From the NCBI GenBank assembly GCA_963665295.1, contig OY762209.1, positions 1,408,001 to 1,472,000 on the forward strand: a DNA stretch of 64,000 bases, read 5' to 3'. This stretch comes from Syntrophorhabdaceae bacterium (GTDB lineage: Bacteria > Desulfobacterota > Syntrophorhabdia > Syntrophorhabdales > Syntrophorhabdaceae). Of the stretch, positions 27,825 to 37,585 are shown piece by piece (the first letter of the stretch is position 1; every line of letters starts with the position of its first letter). The position numbers were made by a program, and so were the translations under genes. Under the pieces are notes generated by a model, which worked only from the letters and a program-made list of their open reading frames with translations, did not search any database and was not told the origin of the DNA.

Positions 27825-29336
27825 GTACCGCTTTCTTTTCTTTTCCTCGTACATCGATATGTCCGCCCGGGCCAGAAGCTCATCCAGGGTCGAGGGGGTT
27901 GCGGGGTCATAGTGTGCTATGCCTGCGCTCAGGGAGAGGGTATATCTTCTTCCCCCGGGCGCGTTGTAATGATCGAGGGTATCTTGCAGACGGGCCTTGA
28001 GTGCTTCTCTGGTTTCATCGGTCGTGTCAATGGCAAGGATGGCGAATTCATCTCCTCCCATGCGGCCGATGATATCCGATTCCCTGAATACCTCTTTGAG
28101 GATGGTTGCAAGGTCCACAAGGGCCTTGTCCCCTTCCTGGTGGCCCAGGGTGTCATTGATCTGCTTCATTCTGTCCAGGTCGACAAAGAAGAGGAGCATC
28201 CCCTTCTTTGTTCTTTCCGTTATCCTGAACTGCTGCTGGGCCAGGGTAAAAAAGCCTCTCCTGTTATACAGGCCTGTGAGTTCATCCGTAAGGGACGCGG
28301 CGTGAATCTTTTCTTCCAGCTTCTTTCGCTCCGAAATGTCGCGGGTGACACTGATCATATGGGGCACGCCCTGGAGGCTGATAATTCTCGCAGAGAGCAA
28401 ACCGCTGAAGAGGGTGCCGTCCTTCTTCCCAAACTCGGATTCGTAGTTTTCGACGAATCCTTTCTCGCGAAGCTGGTTGACCATTTGCCTGCGGTCTTCG
28501 GGATCTTTCCAGACGCGAATGTCCTGGATCGATCTCCCCACTGTTTCATCACGGGTAAAACCGGAAAGGACCCGGAATCCTTCATTGGCATATACGATAT
28601 GGCCATCGCTTAAACGGGTAATGACCGCCGCGTCGGGATTGGTGTTGAAGACCATCTCCATCTCCTCCTTGGCTTCCGTTGTCGCGGCGTTCAATCGCTG
28701 GTTGATCATGACAATGAGAACGAAGGTCCACAGAATGCTGCAAACCAGGGCGTCCATGTAGGTCGCCACATTCACTAATGTCGGGACGAAGAGCTTTGCA
28801 TGGATGGGCTCTTTGTAGAGCATCAGGACGCGGAAGACAAAGAACCCGCCGTGGGCGAGGAAGATGGCACCGGTAAGATTCGCCGATGCAATCACTGCGG
28901 GCGGCCTGTAGAAGAACAGGGCATGGGCGGTCAAGAATGAAACGGTCGCAAGGGTAGCGCCTATAATGATTCCCCGCGTCACAATGTCGTCATGGACCAG
29001 GATAAAATAGAGAAAACTTGCAAGGAAAGCGGTGAAGACCAGGGCGACGGACCACAGGCGCTCCTTCCTGTCAAAGAAGCGCATGATGCCGATGTAGAGA
29101 AAGATTACCCCCAGGATGATCATGGAGTTCTGACAGATTATGGCGATCAGCCTGATTGAGGGAATCTCACGGAGAAGCAGGCAGGTAAACCCGATCACTT
29201 CGCAAGCGCTCCACATCAACCACCACCCGATTCCTCGATAGTGCGTGTTGGTGACGTATTGGTAGGAGAATACCGCTACCTGGATGAAGTGGGTGATGCC
29301 CAGTACCAGGATCAGGGTGCGGATATCAAACTGCAT
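27822..29336 (-). CDS. Membrane-bound PAS-GGDEF diguanylate cyclase
   Basis: Multi-TM N-terminus, PAS domain, DELTGLYNRR, RMGGDEF. Confidence 0.92.
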   Translation of the reverse strand: MQFDIRTLILVLGITHFIQVAVFSYQYVTNTHYRGIGWWLMWSACEVIGFTCLLLREIPSIRLIAIICQNSMIILGVIFLYIGIMRFFDRKERLWSVALVFTAFLASFLYFILVHDDIVTRGIIIGATLATVSFLTAHALFFYRPPAVIASANLTGAIFLAHGGFFVFRVLMLYKEPIHAKLFVPTLVNVATYMDALVCSILWTFVLIVMINQRLNAATTEAKEEMEMVFNTNPDAAVITRLSDGHIVYANEGFRVLSGFTRDETVGRSIQDIRVWKDPEDRRQMVNQLREKGFVENYESEFGKKDGTLFSGLLSARIISLQGVPHMISVTRDISERKKLEEKIHAASLTDELTGLYNRRGFFTLAQQQFRITERTKKGMLLFFVDLDRMKQINDTLGHQEGDKALVDLATILKEVFRESDIIGRMGGDEFAILAIDTTDETREALKARLQDTLDHYNAPGGRRYTLSLSAGIAHYDPATPSTLDELLARADISMYEEKKRKRY

Positions 29337-29597
29337 GACGCTCCTTCCCTGTTGCTGCTTCAGGACCGGCGGGCAAACTTGAATCGGAATCTTTCACGGG
29401 CTGACCAGTGCTCCGGATATGGTATGATTTTGACTACTTGGCAAAGCCAATCATACCATATCAAGGCTGTCATGTCACAGGATAATCGTATGAAGGCCTC
29501 TCCGACGCGGGCGCGCAAGGGGCCATCAGTCACTTTCCTGCAAAGAGGAAGCCGATCCCTCCTGCCCGATTATCCCCCTGTGCCTGTCCGGGGAAGG

Positions 29598-31400
29598 CTA
29601 CGCGTTTGTGAGGTCAAAGCCGATCTTCAGCCGTATCCGGTGCCATTCCTCGTCCATGAGCAGAAAGAAACCGAAGTTGCGGTACTCATATGCGGCGGGG
29701 TCGGCGTGCGGATCATAGGGGAGCGCCACGTTTACCGCATACATGAGCTGCCCCAGATAGAGCCCTTCCGCGATCTTCACGACTTCATCGATGCAGTACC
29801 GGTCGGGTATAATGGTTTTCAGGTTCGGCCACCGGTAATTGAGCTGGTAAACCGTCTTCTCCCCGCACGCGGGGTTGATGGAGGGGGCCTGATGGGCGAT
29901 GAAGAAGAAATTCTTCATGTCATAGCCGTTCTTGAGGATTTCCTCCTGTGACACGGGCTCGTTCCAGACCTGGGCGATGCCCGTGATATTCCCGACAAAC
30001 CGTTCCTTGAAGGTCCTCAGTGATTGCGTGTTGGACCCCCACCGCGTCGGCGCATGGCCCGACTCGTACCCGTCCGTTATCTCTTCGATCCGTTCCTTCG
30101 AGACGGCCTCGAAGGATTTGCCCGTCCATGTGCTGAATTTCATAGCCAACCCTGTCCACGCAAGGTTGAGAGTATTGACGTCAAAGAGCTTGAAGACCCC
30201 TTCGGAATGCCAGGAGACGAGGGCGCCGCGATAGTAACCCGCCATGTCCTCCACTCCTGTGCCCCTCACGAAGATCTCCTGCATTTGCCGGAACAAAGGC
30301 GAGTCGTTGTCGTGGCTGCCCTGGAGCCTGTCGGAATAATCTTTGAGCAGATGCATTATGGTAGGTTTGTCTTTCATGTCGGCAAGGATCGTCCCATAGA
30401 GGGCGTCGTCCCTCGGCGCCGGGTCCCCGTCCCCGGAAAGGAACGTGGAAAACCTGGGCAGCTTCATCAGGTCCTCCGCGGAAGGGGTCACCATGCCGGG
30501 GGCGTTCTCCGGTATCTGCAAGAAAGGAAAGAGCCTTCTCGCTTCGCGGTTCCACCTCTCGTCAAAGAGCAGAAAATAACCGAAATTCCGGTACCGGTAC
30601 CCGGCGACGGGAGACTCCGGGTCGTATTGGTCAAGGAGCCTGTCGGTGGCATACATGAGCTGTCCCAGGTAAAGCCCTTCCCCTATCTGCGTAAGCTCGT
30701 CTATGAGCCAGGACATGGGTGGGAGATTATTGAGGTTTTTCCAACGGTAGTTGAGCTGGAACACCCTTTTTGCAGGGTCCGGGCCCACGGAATTCCCCTG
30801 CCTGGCGATAAAGTTGCACCCCTCCTTGTCGTGGCCGAATTTCAACCGTTCTTCGGGGGATGGGATTTCCAGGCGCATCAATATGTTGAGAACAGGGAAA
30901 GAGGCGTTGTTGGCAACCTTCAGGGGAATCTTGTTGAAATGGTTGATGCCGAGAAAGGCCTCTTCTTCCGCGTCCGCCGGACCGGGTACAATCGCATTGA
31001 GCACGCCGGGGGACAGGGGCGAAAAGCTTTTTCCGGCCCAGGGGCTCTGGCCTTCAAAGCCGGAGTCCCACAGTATTTCCAGAACGTTCCCGATGGAAGA
31101 CAGGGGCGGCTCCTGGTCGCCGGTCCTGAAGCACAGGGGCACGCCGTAAAAATGGCCCTCCAGGCGGTCCGGGGTCATACCGGACTCGAAGAGCTTTGCC
31201 ATTTTTTTAAAGGGCGGGGCATCGTTGTCGGGGTTGCCCCGTAACTCCTCCATGTATCCGGCGAACAATTCGAGGATGGAGCCCTTGCCCTGGAGGTCCT
31301 CGTCAATCGCTTTGAGCCCGGCGTCGTCAAGGCTGCAATCGGGCCGGAACGTCCATGAAGTCAACAGGCCGCGGCTCCTGTCCATCGATTTTGTTCCCAT
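29598..31400 (-). CDS. Hypothetical protein of two homologous halves (GXWXG/DUF4334-like beta-barrel motifs)
   Basis: GGAGGAG before ATG at 31400. Each half has WxGKSF, V(F/Y)QLNYRW, IDE...EGLYLGQLMYA and YRNFG(Y/F)FLL. Confidence 0.75.
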   Translation of the reverse strand: MGTKSMDRSRGLLTSWTFRPDCSLDDAGLKAIDEDLQGKGSILELFAGYMEELRGNPDNDAPPFKKMAKLFESGMTPDRLEGHFYGVPLCFRTGDQEPPLSSIGNVLEILWDSGFEGQSPWAGKSFSPLSPGVLNAIVPGPADAEEEAFLGINHFNKIPLKVANNASFPVLNILMRLEIPSPEERLKFGHDKEGCNFIARQGNSVGPDPAKRVFQLNYRWKNLNNLPPMSWLIDELTQIGEGLYLGQLMYATDRLLDQYDPESPVAGYRYRNFGYFLLFDERWNREARRLFPFLQIPENAPGMVTPSAEDLMKLPRFSTFLSGDGDPAPRDDALYGTILADMKDKPTIMHLLKDYSDRLQGSHDNDSPLFRQMQEIFVRGTGVEDMAGYYRGALVSWHSEGVFKLFDVNTLNLAWTGLAMKFSTWTGKSFEAVSKERIEEITDGYESGHAPTRWGSNTQSLRTFKERFVGNITGIAQVWNEPVSQEEILKNGYDMKNFFFIAHQAPSINPACGEKTVYQLNYRWPNLKTIIPDRYCIDEVVKIAEGLYLGQLMYAVNVALPYDPHADPAAYEYRNFGFFLLMDEEWHRIRLKIGFDLTNA

Positions 31401-31589
31401 TCTCTCCTCCCGGATATGAATATTGGTGTTTTCTCTAATTAAGCGCCTTGAGAAACCGGCGCGGATCATTGTTAACCGGTACCATGGAAAGGCGCCTGTC
31501 GGCAATGACCTGTGTCACCTTCATGTCCCGAATGCCCCTCCGGGCGCTCCTGTATGGAAGAGGAAAAGGCACCTCCGCAACGGGGCCTG

Positions 31590-32897
31590 CTATATCCCGA
31601 TCGCCCATTCCTTTCCCCGCTTCCTCGCACCGTTTTTCATTGCATCGAGAAACCGGGAGCGCATCCTGTCGCTCAGGAGGGCCCTCTTGACCGGCGGGAG
31701 TCCGAGAAAAGCGCCCACGAAGGCACGCATGAACTTCTGGTCCATCCTGTTCGGGTCGTCGAACAACTGATTCTGGAGCGTTCCCGTTTCGAGGCTTCCG
31801 AGTATGATCCGCTCGAAGGTGGTCTCCGGATGGATGACCCTTTGTGCGCGTTTTGTAAGGGTGCACGCCCCCTTGGGGCATTTGAGGGCGCATACCCCGC
31901 AGCCGAGGCACATGGTGTGATCGACCAGGGCAATCTGCGTTTTTTCCTTTCCCCCCCGTTCCCTTCCGGCCATGGTAATGGCGTCAACCGGGCACGCCTC
32001 GGCGCATTTTCCGCAGCCCGTGCAGGTTTCACCAATGACCTCCGCAATGAAGTTCGAGGTTACGAGACAGCCGGAATAGCCGTACCTGTTCACCGCAAGG
32101 AGGACGTTGCAGCAGCACTTGCAGCAATGACACACGAATTTCACGTTCTTCCGCACGTTATCCGCGGTCAATACCAACCCCATGCCCTTCGACCGCGCAA
32201 AGTTGTCCTCCATTTCAGAACGGGAAACTTCCCGCGCCAGATTATGCCTGATCAGCATATCCGCTGCATAGCCGAACTGGGAACACGTCTCCAGGGGGAC
32301 ATGGCACTGCTTCTCCCCCAGGTGCGCCTTTTCGTGACGGCAACTGCACAGGCCGATGGCGAACCTGTCCGACCCGGCGATAAGAGACGACGCCTTCTCG
32401 TAATCCATTATCTCCACGTATTCGGCGGGCCTTACAGTCCCTTCGTGGGGAAGGGCCCGCATGATGGGGAACCGCATCTCTTCTCCCCAGTTGGCCGCCC
32501 GGAACGAATCGTCCATGTATTCATGAAGGAGCTTTGCCCATTCCCGGGTGTTCAGGTCCGGTCCCATCCTCATCATGGTAAACTCAAAGATGCCGACTAC
32601 CATGGGGGAAGGCGCGTAGTGGTATGTCTCCTGCAACCACAGGTCGAGGACCAGCCCTTTGGCGGTCAAGCCATCGAGGATGGGGCGGAGCGCCTTCGAC
32701 TCGTAACCCGTCACCTTCGCGAGCCGCTCCAGGGTGGAGAGTCCGTAGGGCATCTTGACGACCACCTCCGCCTCCTCGGCGGAATAAAGCTCCTTGAGAA
32801 GGGCGTGGAGCTTCCCGTTCCAGGGCGTCCTGCTCCCCAGTCCGTCGATCTTCCTCCCGAGCCTTCTGAAGATGTCTTTTCCCACGAGATGACCCAA
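31590..32897 (-). CDS. Multi-cluster 4Fe-4S binding protein
   Basis: GGGAGG before TTG at 32897. CSCRH, CHCCKCCC, CTGCGKCAEACP, CLGCGVCALKCP. Confidence 0.85.
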   Translation of the reverse strand: MGHLVGKDIFRRLGRKIDGLGSRTPWNGKLHALLKELYSAEEAEVVVKMPYGLSTLERLAKVTGYESKALRPILDGLTAKGLVLDLWLQETYHYAPSPMVVGIFEFTMMRMGPDLNTREWAKLLHEYMDDSFRAANWGEEMRFPIMRALPHEGTVRPAEYVEIMDYEKASSLIAGSDRFAIGLCSCRHEKAHLGEKQCHVPLETCSQFGYAADMLIRHNLAREVSRSEMEDNFARSKGMGLVLTADNVRKNVKFVCHCCKCCCNVLLAVNRYGYSGCLVTSNFIAEVIGETCTGCGKCAEACPVDAITMAGRERGGKEKTQIALVDHTMCLGCGVCALKCPKGACTLTKRAQRVIHPETTFERIILGSLETGTLQNQLFDDPNRMDQKFMRAFVGAFLGLPPVKRALLSDRMRSRFLDAMKNGARKRGKEWAIGI

Positions 32898-33136
32898 GGT
32901 GAACCTCCCTTTCCGCTTAGCTTGTACACACCGAAAGAAAATGTCAATAAGTTTTGACGGCAGCCCTGCAATGTCCGGAGATGGCTGTTCGCACACGAAA
33001 CCCGGCGCGCCCGTGACGGACGGCATTCTGTATACAAGGACAAAGGGCACGCCGGGCTCTTCTTTTTCATTGCCTTGTCTTCCTAAAAGTGAGAGAATGG
33101 AACCACTTTCTTATTTAATATCGGGAGGAGTGTTAC

Positions 33137-35137
33137 GTGGACGCGCAGGGAATAGACGCTGATTTTTGTTTTTCCATGCTGGAAAAGGCCCCCTATGGAG
33201 TGATGGCGATTGACCGCGAGGGAAACTTCGCATATCTGAACCGGGAATTTACGAACATCACCGGTTATGCCCTTACCGACGTCCCCACGGGAAAGGACTG
33301 GTTCAACGCGGCCTATCCCGACCCCGAATACCGCGCAAAGGTGATCGAGTGCTGGAAAGGCGATGTGGACGAGGTAGGCGTGGACCGGGAATTCCGCATA
33401 GTTTGCAAAGACGGGAGCACGAAATATATCGATTTCCGGTCCTTTCTCCTGGAAGGCGAGAGGGCGGTGGCCATCCTGTCCGACATCACGGAGAAGAAGG
33501 CGGCGGAAGAGGCGCTCAAGGAGAGCGAGAAGAAGTTCCGGGCCTTTTTCGAGGATTCGCGGGATGCGATCTTCATGACCAATCTGGAAGGGAGGTTTCT
33601 CGATGTAAACAAGGCGTACCTAGACCTCTTCGGCTACACGAGGGAGGAGCTGGCGGACATCACCTCGGGGAACACCTATTTCAACCCCTCGGAGCGCAAC
33701 AGATTCCGGGCCAAGATCGAAGAGGCGGGCTCCCTCACCGATTTCGAGGTCATGTTGCGGAAGAAGGACGGCACCGTAATGACGTGCCTCATGACCGTGG
33801 CGGTAACACGCGGACAGAATGGGAGCGTGACGGGGTATCAGGGGAGTATTCGCGACATATCGGCTCAGAGGCGGATGGAAGATGCCATCAGACAATCGGA
33901 AACCATGTACAGGAGCATCTTCGAAACAACGGGTTCGGCTACCATCATCATCGAAGACAATTTCATCATCTCCATGGCGAACAGGGAATTCGAGACCCTG
34001 TCGGGGTTCAGGAAGGAGGAGATAGAGGGGAGAAAGAGCTTCGCCGAATTCGTGGACAGGAAGGATACGGAGAAACTGAATGAATACCGTGAGATCCGGA
34101 GGATGACGGAAGACGCGGCGCCGAGGAGCTACGATCTCCGGTTTGTCGATCGGCTCATGAACGTGAAAAACGTGTACATGACCGTGGCCATGATCCCGGG
34201 TACGAGACGAAGCGTGGGGTCCCTTCTCGATATTACCGAACAGAAACACTATCAGGAAAGTCTTTCAAAGTCCTATAAGACGATGCGGGACATTATCAAA
34301 CACGCCCCCATAGGCATTTTTATCGCAAACAAGTGGGGCGAGGTCGAATTTGTAAACCCCGAGATGCTCCAGATATCGGGGGATACGAGGGAGCAGTTCC
34401 TTAGCCTCAGCCTCTTCAGGCTCCTCGCGTACCAGAGGATAGGGCTCGTGGAGATGATGAAGCGGGGCCTGGAGGGAGAATTCTTCCGCCTCGACGGGGT
34501 TGAATACACCTCACACTTCGGAAAGAGAACGACTATCAGGAATTTCATCGGTACGCCCTTCGACGAGGGGGGAGAGAGGAAGCTGCTCATGTTCGTGGAA
34601 GACATTACGAAGCAGAAATTCAACGAGTTGCAGTTGGCTCACCTGGCCACCCATGACATGCTGACGGGCCTGCCGAACCGGGTGCTCTTCCTCGACCGGC
34701 TCAAGGTCGCCCTTGCAAACGCGCAACGCTTCAGCCAGACCTTCGCGGTGATGCTCTTCGACCTCGACAAATTCAAGGATGTCAATGACGAGCTGGGTCA
34801 CAAGATGGGGGACCAGTTGCTCGCGCTGGTGGGGGAGCGCGTTATCGGCGTTCTCCGTCAGTCCGATTCCCTGGCCCGCATGGGCGGCGACGAGTTCCTC
34901 GTGCTCCTTACGAACATGGTCCATCCGGGTGACGCGGACATCGTAGCGAGAAAGATACTCGATGTGCTCCGGGAGCCTTTCAGTATCGAAAACCATCTGC
35001 TCCACATTACCACGAGCATCGGCGTCGCCATTTATCCCGAAGACGGCGTGGACGGGGATACCCTCATCAAACGCGCCGACATCGCCATGTACGACGCCAA
35101 GCAGAGCGGGAGAAACGCCTACAGGCGATTCAGGTAA
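33137..35137 (+). CDS. Four-PAS GGDEF diguanylate cyclase
   Basis: GGAGGAG before GTG. Repeated PAS/PAC ending D(I)(T/S)xxK, HDMLTGLPNR, RMGGDEF. Confidence 0.92.
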   Translation: MDAQGIDADFCFSMLEKAPYGVMAIDREGNFAYLNREFTNITGYALTDVPTGKDWFNAAYPDPEYRAKVIECWKGDVDEVGVDREFRIVCKDGSTKYIDFRSFLLEGERAVAILSDITEKKAAEEALKESEKKFRAFFEDSRDAIFMTNLEGRFLDVNKAYLDLFGYTREELADITSGNTYFNPSERNRFRAKIEEAGSLTDFEVMLRKKDGTVMTCLMTVAVTRGQNGSVTGYQGSIRDISAQRRMEDAIRQSETMYRSIFETTGSATIIIEDNFIISMANREFETLSGFRKEEIEGRKSFAEFVDRKDTEKLNEYREIRRMTEDAAPRSYDLRFVDRLMNVKNVYMTVAMIPGTRRSVGSLLDITEQKHYQESLSKSYKTMRDIIKHAPIGIFIANKWGEVEFVNPEMLQISGDTREQFLSLSLFRLLAYQRIGLVEMMKRGLEGEFFRLDGVEYTSHFGKRTTIRNFIGTPFDEGGERKLLMFVEDITKQKFNELQLAHLATHDMLTGLPNRVLFLDRLKVALANAQRFSQTFAVMLFDLDKFKDVNDELGHKMGDQLLALVGERVIGVLRQSDSLARMGGDEFLVLLTNMVHPGDADIVARKILDVLREPFSIENHLLHITTSIGVAIYPEDGVDGDTLIKRADIAMYDAKQSGRNAYRRFR

Positions 35138-35161
35138 CCCCCTTCGCCCTCGCGGGCAGGG

Positions 35162-36133
35162 CTATGGCTTCCCGTAAAGGTGCGCGAGCTGTTTCCGCGA
35201 GGCCGCCACGTGGGCTTTCGCCGCCTCCTGGAACTTGTACCAGTTTGATTCGAAGAAACCTTCTTTTGCCCAGTATTTGTCGAAGATATCCAGCTCCAGG
35301 TCCCTTTTTTCCAGGGCGTCATGGCGCCATTTTTTCTCGTCGTACTCCGGGATATGGCGGACGATCTTTTCGTACGCGGCGATCCGCTCCTTCTGATCGG
35401 AGTCGGGAAGGGGGCCGGGAAGGCCGCCCGCGTTCATTGCATAGCCCAGTTGTCCCTTCAGTTCTTCCCATTCGGCGGCGATGGACTGCTCTCCCTTCTC
35501 CGGCCGCCTGTGTTTCGAGAAGGCCATGAATATCCGTTCCGCCGCCCGGAGGAACCGGTCGTTGTTGTCAACCCTTTCGTTTGTCTCGACAAGGCGGTTG
35601 TCCGTCCACCGATGATCGACCTTATCCGGGTTGGTATGGGCGTCCGCGTGGCCGATGTTGGGGGTGAATTTACCCATCAGGTCGGGGGTGGCATTGAAGT
35701 CGTGCTCGAGGCCGAGAAAATTCTGGTGCGCCCACGTGTCGGCATAGACGTGAGCGGCAATACCGATGCGGAAGAGGTTGCCGCTCTCAAGGGCATCACG
35801 GAATACGATCTTCACATTCCCGCTGTCGGGGGTCGTGTTGAAGGGGTGTGTTCTGCCGTCTGTTCTCTCTGCCGTAGGGCTCGCGGGATCACCGGGAAAG
35901 AAATGAAAGTACGGGTATATCCTCTGCTGCTTCCACGACGGTTTTGTGATGTCCATGGTCTGGGACACCTTCGAAAGGTACCCTTCATCGCTGTCCTTGA
36001 AATTGACGTAATACTGGCAGGAATTGTCGTCCGTGTGCTGGCACGCGTAGGCGATGACGGCGGACTCGTCCTTGGCGAAGCCGGCCTTCTCCGCGAGGAC
36101 GTAAGTGATGTAGTAGTGAAATTCGATATCCAT
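35162..36133 (-). CDS. DUF6765-like protein with Zn-phospholipase C/P1-nuclease-like metal motifs
   Basis: MDIEFHYYITYVLAEKAGF, QHTDD, YFHFFPG, GIAAHVYADTWAHQNF, GHADA. GGGAGGGG upstream. Confidence 0.7.
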   Translation of the reverse strand: MDIEFHYYITYVLAEKAGFAKDESAVIAYACQHTDDNSCQYYVNFKDSDEGYLSKVSQTMDITKPSWKQQRIYPYFHFFPGDPASPTAERTDGRTHPFNTTPDSGNVKIVFRDALESGNLFRIGIAAHVYADTWAHQNFLGLEHDFNATPDLMGKFTPNIGHADAHTNPDKVDHRWTDNRLVETNERVDNNDRFLRAAERIFMAFSKHRRPEKGEQSIAAEWEELKGQLGYAMNAGGLPGPLPDSDQKERIAAYEKIVRHIPEYDEKKWRHDALEKRDLELDIFDKYWAKEGFFESNWYKFQEAAKAHVAASRKQLAHLYGKP

Positions 36134-36161
36134 GTTCCCCTCCCTTGTTCGATTCAACTCC

Positions 36162-37070
36162 TCAGGACCGGGCCCGGAAAAACGTCCCGGCAAAGGTCCT
36201 CCTCGATCTGTCCTCCGTCTTTCCGTTCCACCGGATGCTTTTCAGCGCCGCCGGCACGTCCTTTCCCAGGGTAAGCCTCTTTGCGATCCCGCCTGAATTA
36301 TAGGGCAGTAACTCATATCGTGACGCGCCGTTTCTTCTGAGAAATTCCGCGATTCGTCGCAGATTTTCCGTGGTTGCCGTTATGCCCGGAACAAGGGGTA
36401 TCCGCGGAATGACGGGTATCCCGCCGCTGCCTGACAGCTCGACAAAGTTGTCCATGATCCGCCGGTTGCTCCTTCCCGTCCATGTCTCGTGTTTCCGGGG
36501 TTCAAGTATCTTGATGTCATAGTATATGAGGTCCACATGGGGCAACAGCTTTTCCCTGAATTCGCGGAAATCGAAGATCCCTGCGGTCTGGAGGGCCACG
36601 TGTATCCCCTTCTCCTTAAGCTGTTTCGCCACCTCCGCCGCAAAGTCCATGGAGAGGGTCGGTTCTCCGCCCGAAAGGGTCACGCCGCCCCCGGAGGTCT
36701 CGTAGAAGACGCGATCCTTCAGAAGTATCTCCACAAGGCCGGCGGAGGTGTAGGCTATACCCACGACCTTCAGGGCCGTGGCCGGGCAGGCCTCGGCGCA
36801 TGCGCCGCACCCGTCGCAAAGGTCCCTTGCGATCCTCTCGCCGGAGTCCATCCGGATCGCCCCCCGGCTGCAGGCCCTCCCGCATTCTCCGCATCCTATG
36901 CAGAGTCCGGCGCGAAAGGATATTTCCCTGCCGGGGTCCATGGACTCGGGGTTGTGGCACCATGCGCACGAAAGGGGACAGCCCTTAAAGAATACGGTGC
37001 TCCTGATGCCGGGACCGTCGTCGAGAGCGAAATGACGGATACCGCATACCAGTGGAACCTTCTCCCCCAC
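36162..37070 (-). CDS. Glycyl-radical enzyme activating enzyme (radical SAM with ferredoxin insert)
   Basis: DGPGIRSTVFFKGCPLSCAWCHNPES, two CxxCxxCxxxC motifs, GGGVTLSGGEP. Confidence 0.95.
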   Translation of the reverse strand: MGEKVPLVCGIRHFALDDGPGIRSTVFFKGCPLSCAWCHNPESMDPGREISFRAGLCIGCGECGRACSRGAIRMDSGERIARDLCDGCGACAEACPATALKVVGIAYTSAGLVEILLKDRVFYETSGGGVTLSGGEPTLSMDFAAEVAKQLKEKGIHVALQTAGIFDFREFREKLLPHVDLIYYDIKILEPRKHETWTGRSNRRIMDNFVELSGSGGIPVIPRIPLVPGITATTENLRRIAEFLRRNGASRYELLPYNSGGIAKRLTLGKDVPAALKSIRWNGKTEDRSRRTFAGTFFRARS

Positions 37071-37072
37071 AA

Positions 37073-37537
37073 TCAGACTTTTCCCGCAGCCATGAGCTGG
37101 AGGCGTTTCGCCATATATGCGAACTTATAGAGATAGTTCAGGTTCCCCACCAGGGTCACGTCCTGCCTGAGCATGGCGCCCAGGATGTCGGGCTTCGGCG
37201 AGAGGATGAAATTCATGAGAGCCTTTCCGTTCCTGAAGGTCACGGCTATGTCCGGCCGGTCTATCTTACCCTCCTCGACTGTCATGACGCCATTGTCGAA
37301 TATGGCCGAAACAGTAATCGAATCATCGCTGCTCCTGAAGAGGTACCGTCCGCTGAAACCCTCGATGTTCCGCCTGAAGCCGTTCGGGTTGAGGATGAAT
37401 ACGAGCTTCATCAACTTGAGGAGGATCTCCAGGAATTGCTCGGACGACTCGGATTCGATGGACCCGAGAAGCCGCTCCATGGCGCTCTTGATTCCCGGGT
37501 TGTGAACCAATAGGGAATCGACCATTTTATTGCCCAT
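37073..37537 (-). CDS. SCP2 (sterol carrier/lipid-binding)-like domain protein
   Basis: AAGGAGG upstream. FDNGVMTVEEGKIDRPDIAVTF...DILGAMLRQDVTLVGNLNYLYKF. Confidence 0.75.
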   Translation of the reverse strand: MGNKMVDSLLVHNPGIKSAMERLLGSIESESSEQFLEILLKLMKLVFILNPNGFRRNIEGFSGRYLFRSSDDSITVSAIFDNGVMTVEEGKIDRPDIAVTFRNGKALMNFILSPKPDILGAMLRQDVTLVGNLNYLYKFAYMAKRLQLMAAGKV

Positions 37538-37585
37538 GTGTACCTCCTTGGCGGACCGTCATTTTGCGGCCTCCCGAATCCCCGC

